Both the position numbers and the translations under genes were made by a program. This document shows positions 62,540-64,000 of a stretch of 64,000 nucleotides of DNA, piece after piece. The DNA lies in the NCBI RefSeq assembly GCF_006345805.1, contig NC_043010.1, positions 12,586,001-12,650,000 of the forward strand, in the 5' to 3' direction. Source of the stretch: Octopus sinensis (taxonomy: Eukaryota). Under the pieces are notes generated by a model. It ran no database searches, was not told the DNA's origin, and saw only the letters and a program-made list of their open reading frames with translations. How positions within the stretch are numbered: the first letter of the stretch is position 1; every line of letters begins with the position of its first letter.

Positions 62540-62937
62540 TAACTCTTTAACTCTTTTACTTGTTTCAGTCATTTGACTGCGGCCATGCTGGAGCACCGCC
62601 TTTAGTCGAGCAAATCGACCCCGGGACTTATTCTTTGTAAGCCCAGTACTTATTCTATCGGCGTCTTTTTCCGAACTGCTAAGTGACGGGGACGTAAACA
62701 CACCACTGTCAGTTGTCAAGTAATGCTAGGGGGACAAACACAGACACACAAACACATATATATACATATATACGACAGGCTTCTTTCAGTTTCCGTCTAC
62801 CAAATCCACTCACAAGGCATTGGTCAGCCCAGGGCTATAGCAGAAGACACTTGCCCAAGATGCCACGCAGTGTGACTGAACCCGGAACCATGTGGTTGGT
62901 TAGCAAGCTACTTACCACACAGCCACTCCTGCGCCTA
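62540..62937 (-). mobile_element. SINE family A, full length
   Basis: Complete family match. Confidence 0.9.
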
Positions 62938-63129
62938 TTTTAAAATACTTATAAATTATTTGTTAATTGTAATTTTTACCAAAAAAAAAATGGATATGAG
63001 AGAAAAGCTTTTGTATGAGGTTTTATTTAATATTTGATACGGGCTCCAGATGTCACCACCAGCTTCTTGAGTCACTTAGGAATTGCGTCAACTGATTTCA
63101 CCAGGAACTCTTGTGGGATGGAAGGTATA

Positions 63130-63371
63130 TCTATTTCTTTACTACCCACAAGGGGCTAAACAGAGGGGGGGGACAAACAAGGACAGACACACGGATTAAG
63201 CCTATTACATCAACCCCCAGTGCATAACTGGTACTTATTTAATCGACCCCAAAAGGATGAAAGGCAAAGTTGACCTCGGCAGAATTTGAACTCAGAACGT
63301 AGCGGCAGACGAGATACTGCTAAGCATTTCACCCGGTGTGCTGATGATTCTGCCAGCTCGCCGCCTTTTGT
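63130..63371 (-). mobile_element. SINE family B with 9-bp TSD
   Basis: TSD gaaggtata at 63121-63129 and 63372-63380. Confidence 0.88.
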
Positions 63372-64000
63372 GAAGGTATACCTTCACATGTGCACCCTTC
63401 AAGTTCTTCCAAAATCCTTGGTTTGGTACAGCAGACTTTTTCCTTTAACCAACCCCAAAGAAAGAAGTCACAAGGTGTTAAGTTGGGACTCCTGACTGGC
63501 CACTCACTCATGCAGACCACAACAACCCATCCACGTCTCAGAGAAGTGGGCATTCAGCCATTTACGAATGACAAGAGCAACAGAGCAGTTGTATACTGTC
63601 AACTTAATGTGACAGTCCCGTAAAGGGAATCACACCACTGCTATTTAGCCCTAGGAAGCATCGACGCTTCCTGTCGGCTTTGACACATTTCCTATGTCCT
63701 TATATTTGCTAAGGGGAGACAAGCACCCCCAAAAGCTAGGCCTGCATCTGGAGACATGCATGTTTTTGAGTCTTGCTTGTCATCAGTCTAGGGTAGCAAG
63801 TCCTGCTAGTTGAGGTGTTTGCCAATCCTCCGCAAATATATATATTTTTAGTGAAGTTTATTCACTGTTCACCAAAATTAGAAATATTAAATTTCTAAAT
63901 ATCTCAGTGAGATATGAGTGGTGGTAGAACAATAGAGCATGGATTAAATTCTCATACTTCAAAAAACAAACACAGAAAATTTGAGAAAAGAATTACAATT

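Larger units (their letters stand above)
62513..63590 (-). mobile_element. Tc1/mariner (maT-like) transposase 3' fragment with TIR, interrupted by two SINEs
   Basis: Minus strand ALVIRKWLNAHFSETWMG...EWPVRSPNLTPCDFFLWGWLKEKV...KPRILEELE then IPSIPQEFLVKSVDAIP..LKKLV; TA|cagggtgattgaaaagt TIR-like end at 62513. Confidence 0.8.

Overview
64 kb of AT-rich, repeat-saturated eukaryotic DNA. The SINE and microsatellite inventory matches my recollection of Octopus (coleoid cephalopod) genomes; this is inference, not a database result. No intact host gene or RNA gene can be supported, and nearly all supplied ORFs are translations of (TA)n/(CA)n/(TAA)n/(GAT)n/(GAR)n microsatellites. Real protein homology is limited to transposon debris: an R4/Dong-clade endonuclease C-terminus inserted in (TAA)n (9484-9776), CR1-like pieces (2658-2933, ~6680-7200, 53630-53900), an RTE-clade C-terminus (59805-60098), a mariner N-terminus (50237-50461) and a Tc1/mariner C-terminus (63030-63590). 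The window also has four or more tRNA-headed or RTE-tailed SINE families, three non-autonomous Helitrons, a Helentron-like element, TTAA MITEs, an 88-bp dimeric minisatellite (13811-15135) and one 100-N gap. The most interesting signal is a set of short cassettes, mostly (TA)n-flanked, that look like Penelope-like retroelement (PLE) termini. Five are near-perfect palindromes. Several cassettes (two of the palindromic ones plus non-palindromic ones) carry hammerhead-ribozyme folds, including a family-wide CUGUNGA core variant and a tRNA-headed SINE with a hammerhead tail. A second system is a non-coding ~550-bp element found three times in (TAA)n beside the Dong-like fragment. Coordinates were counted by eye; ends of degraded repeats are approximate (about 10-20 bp).
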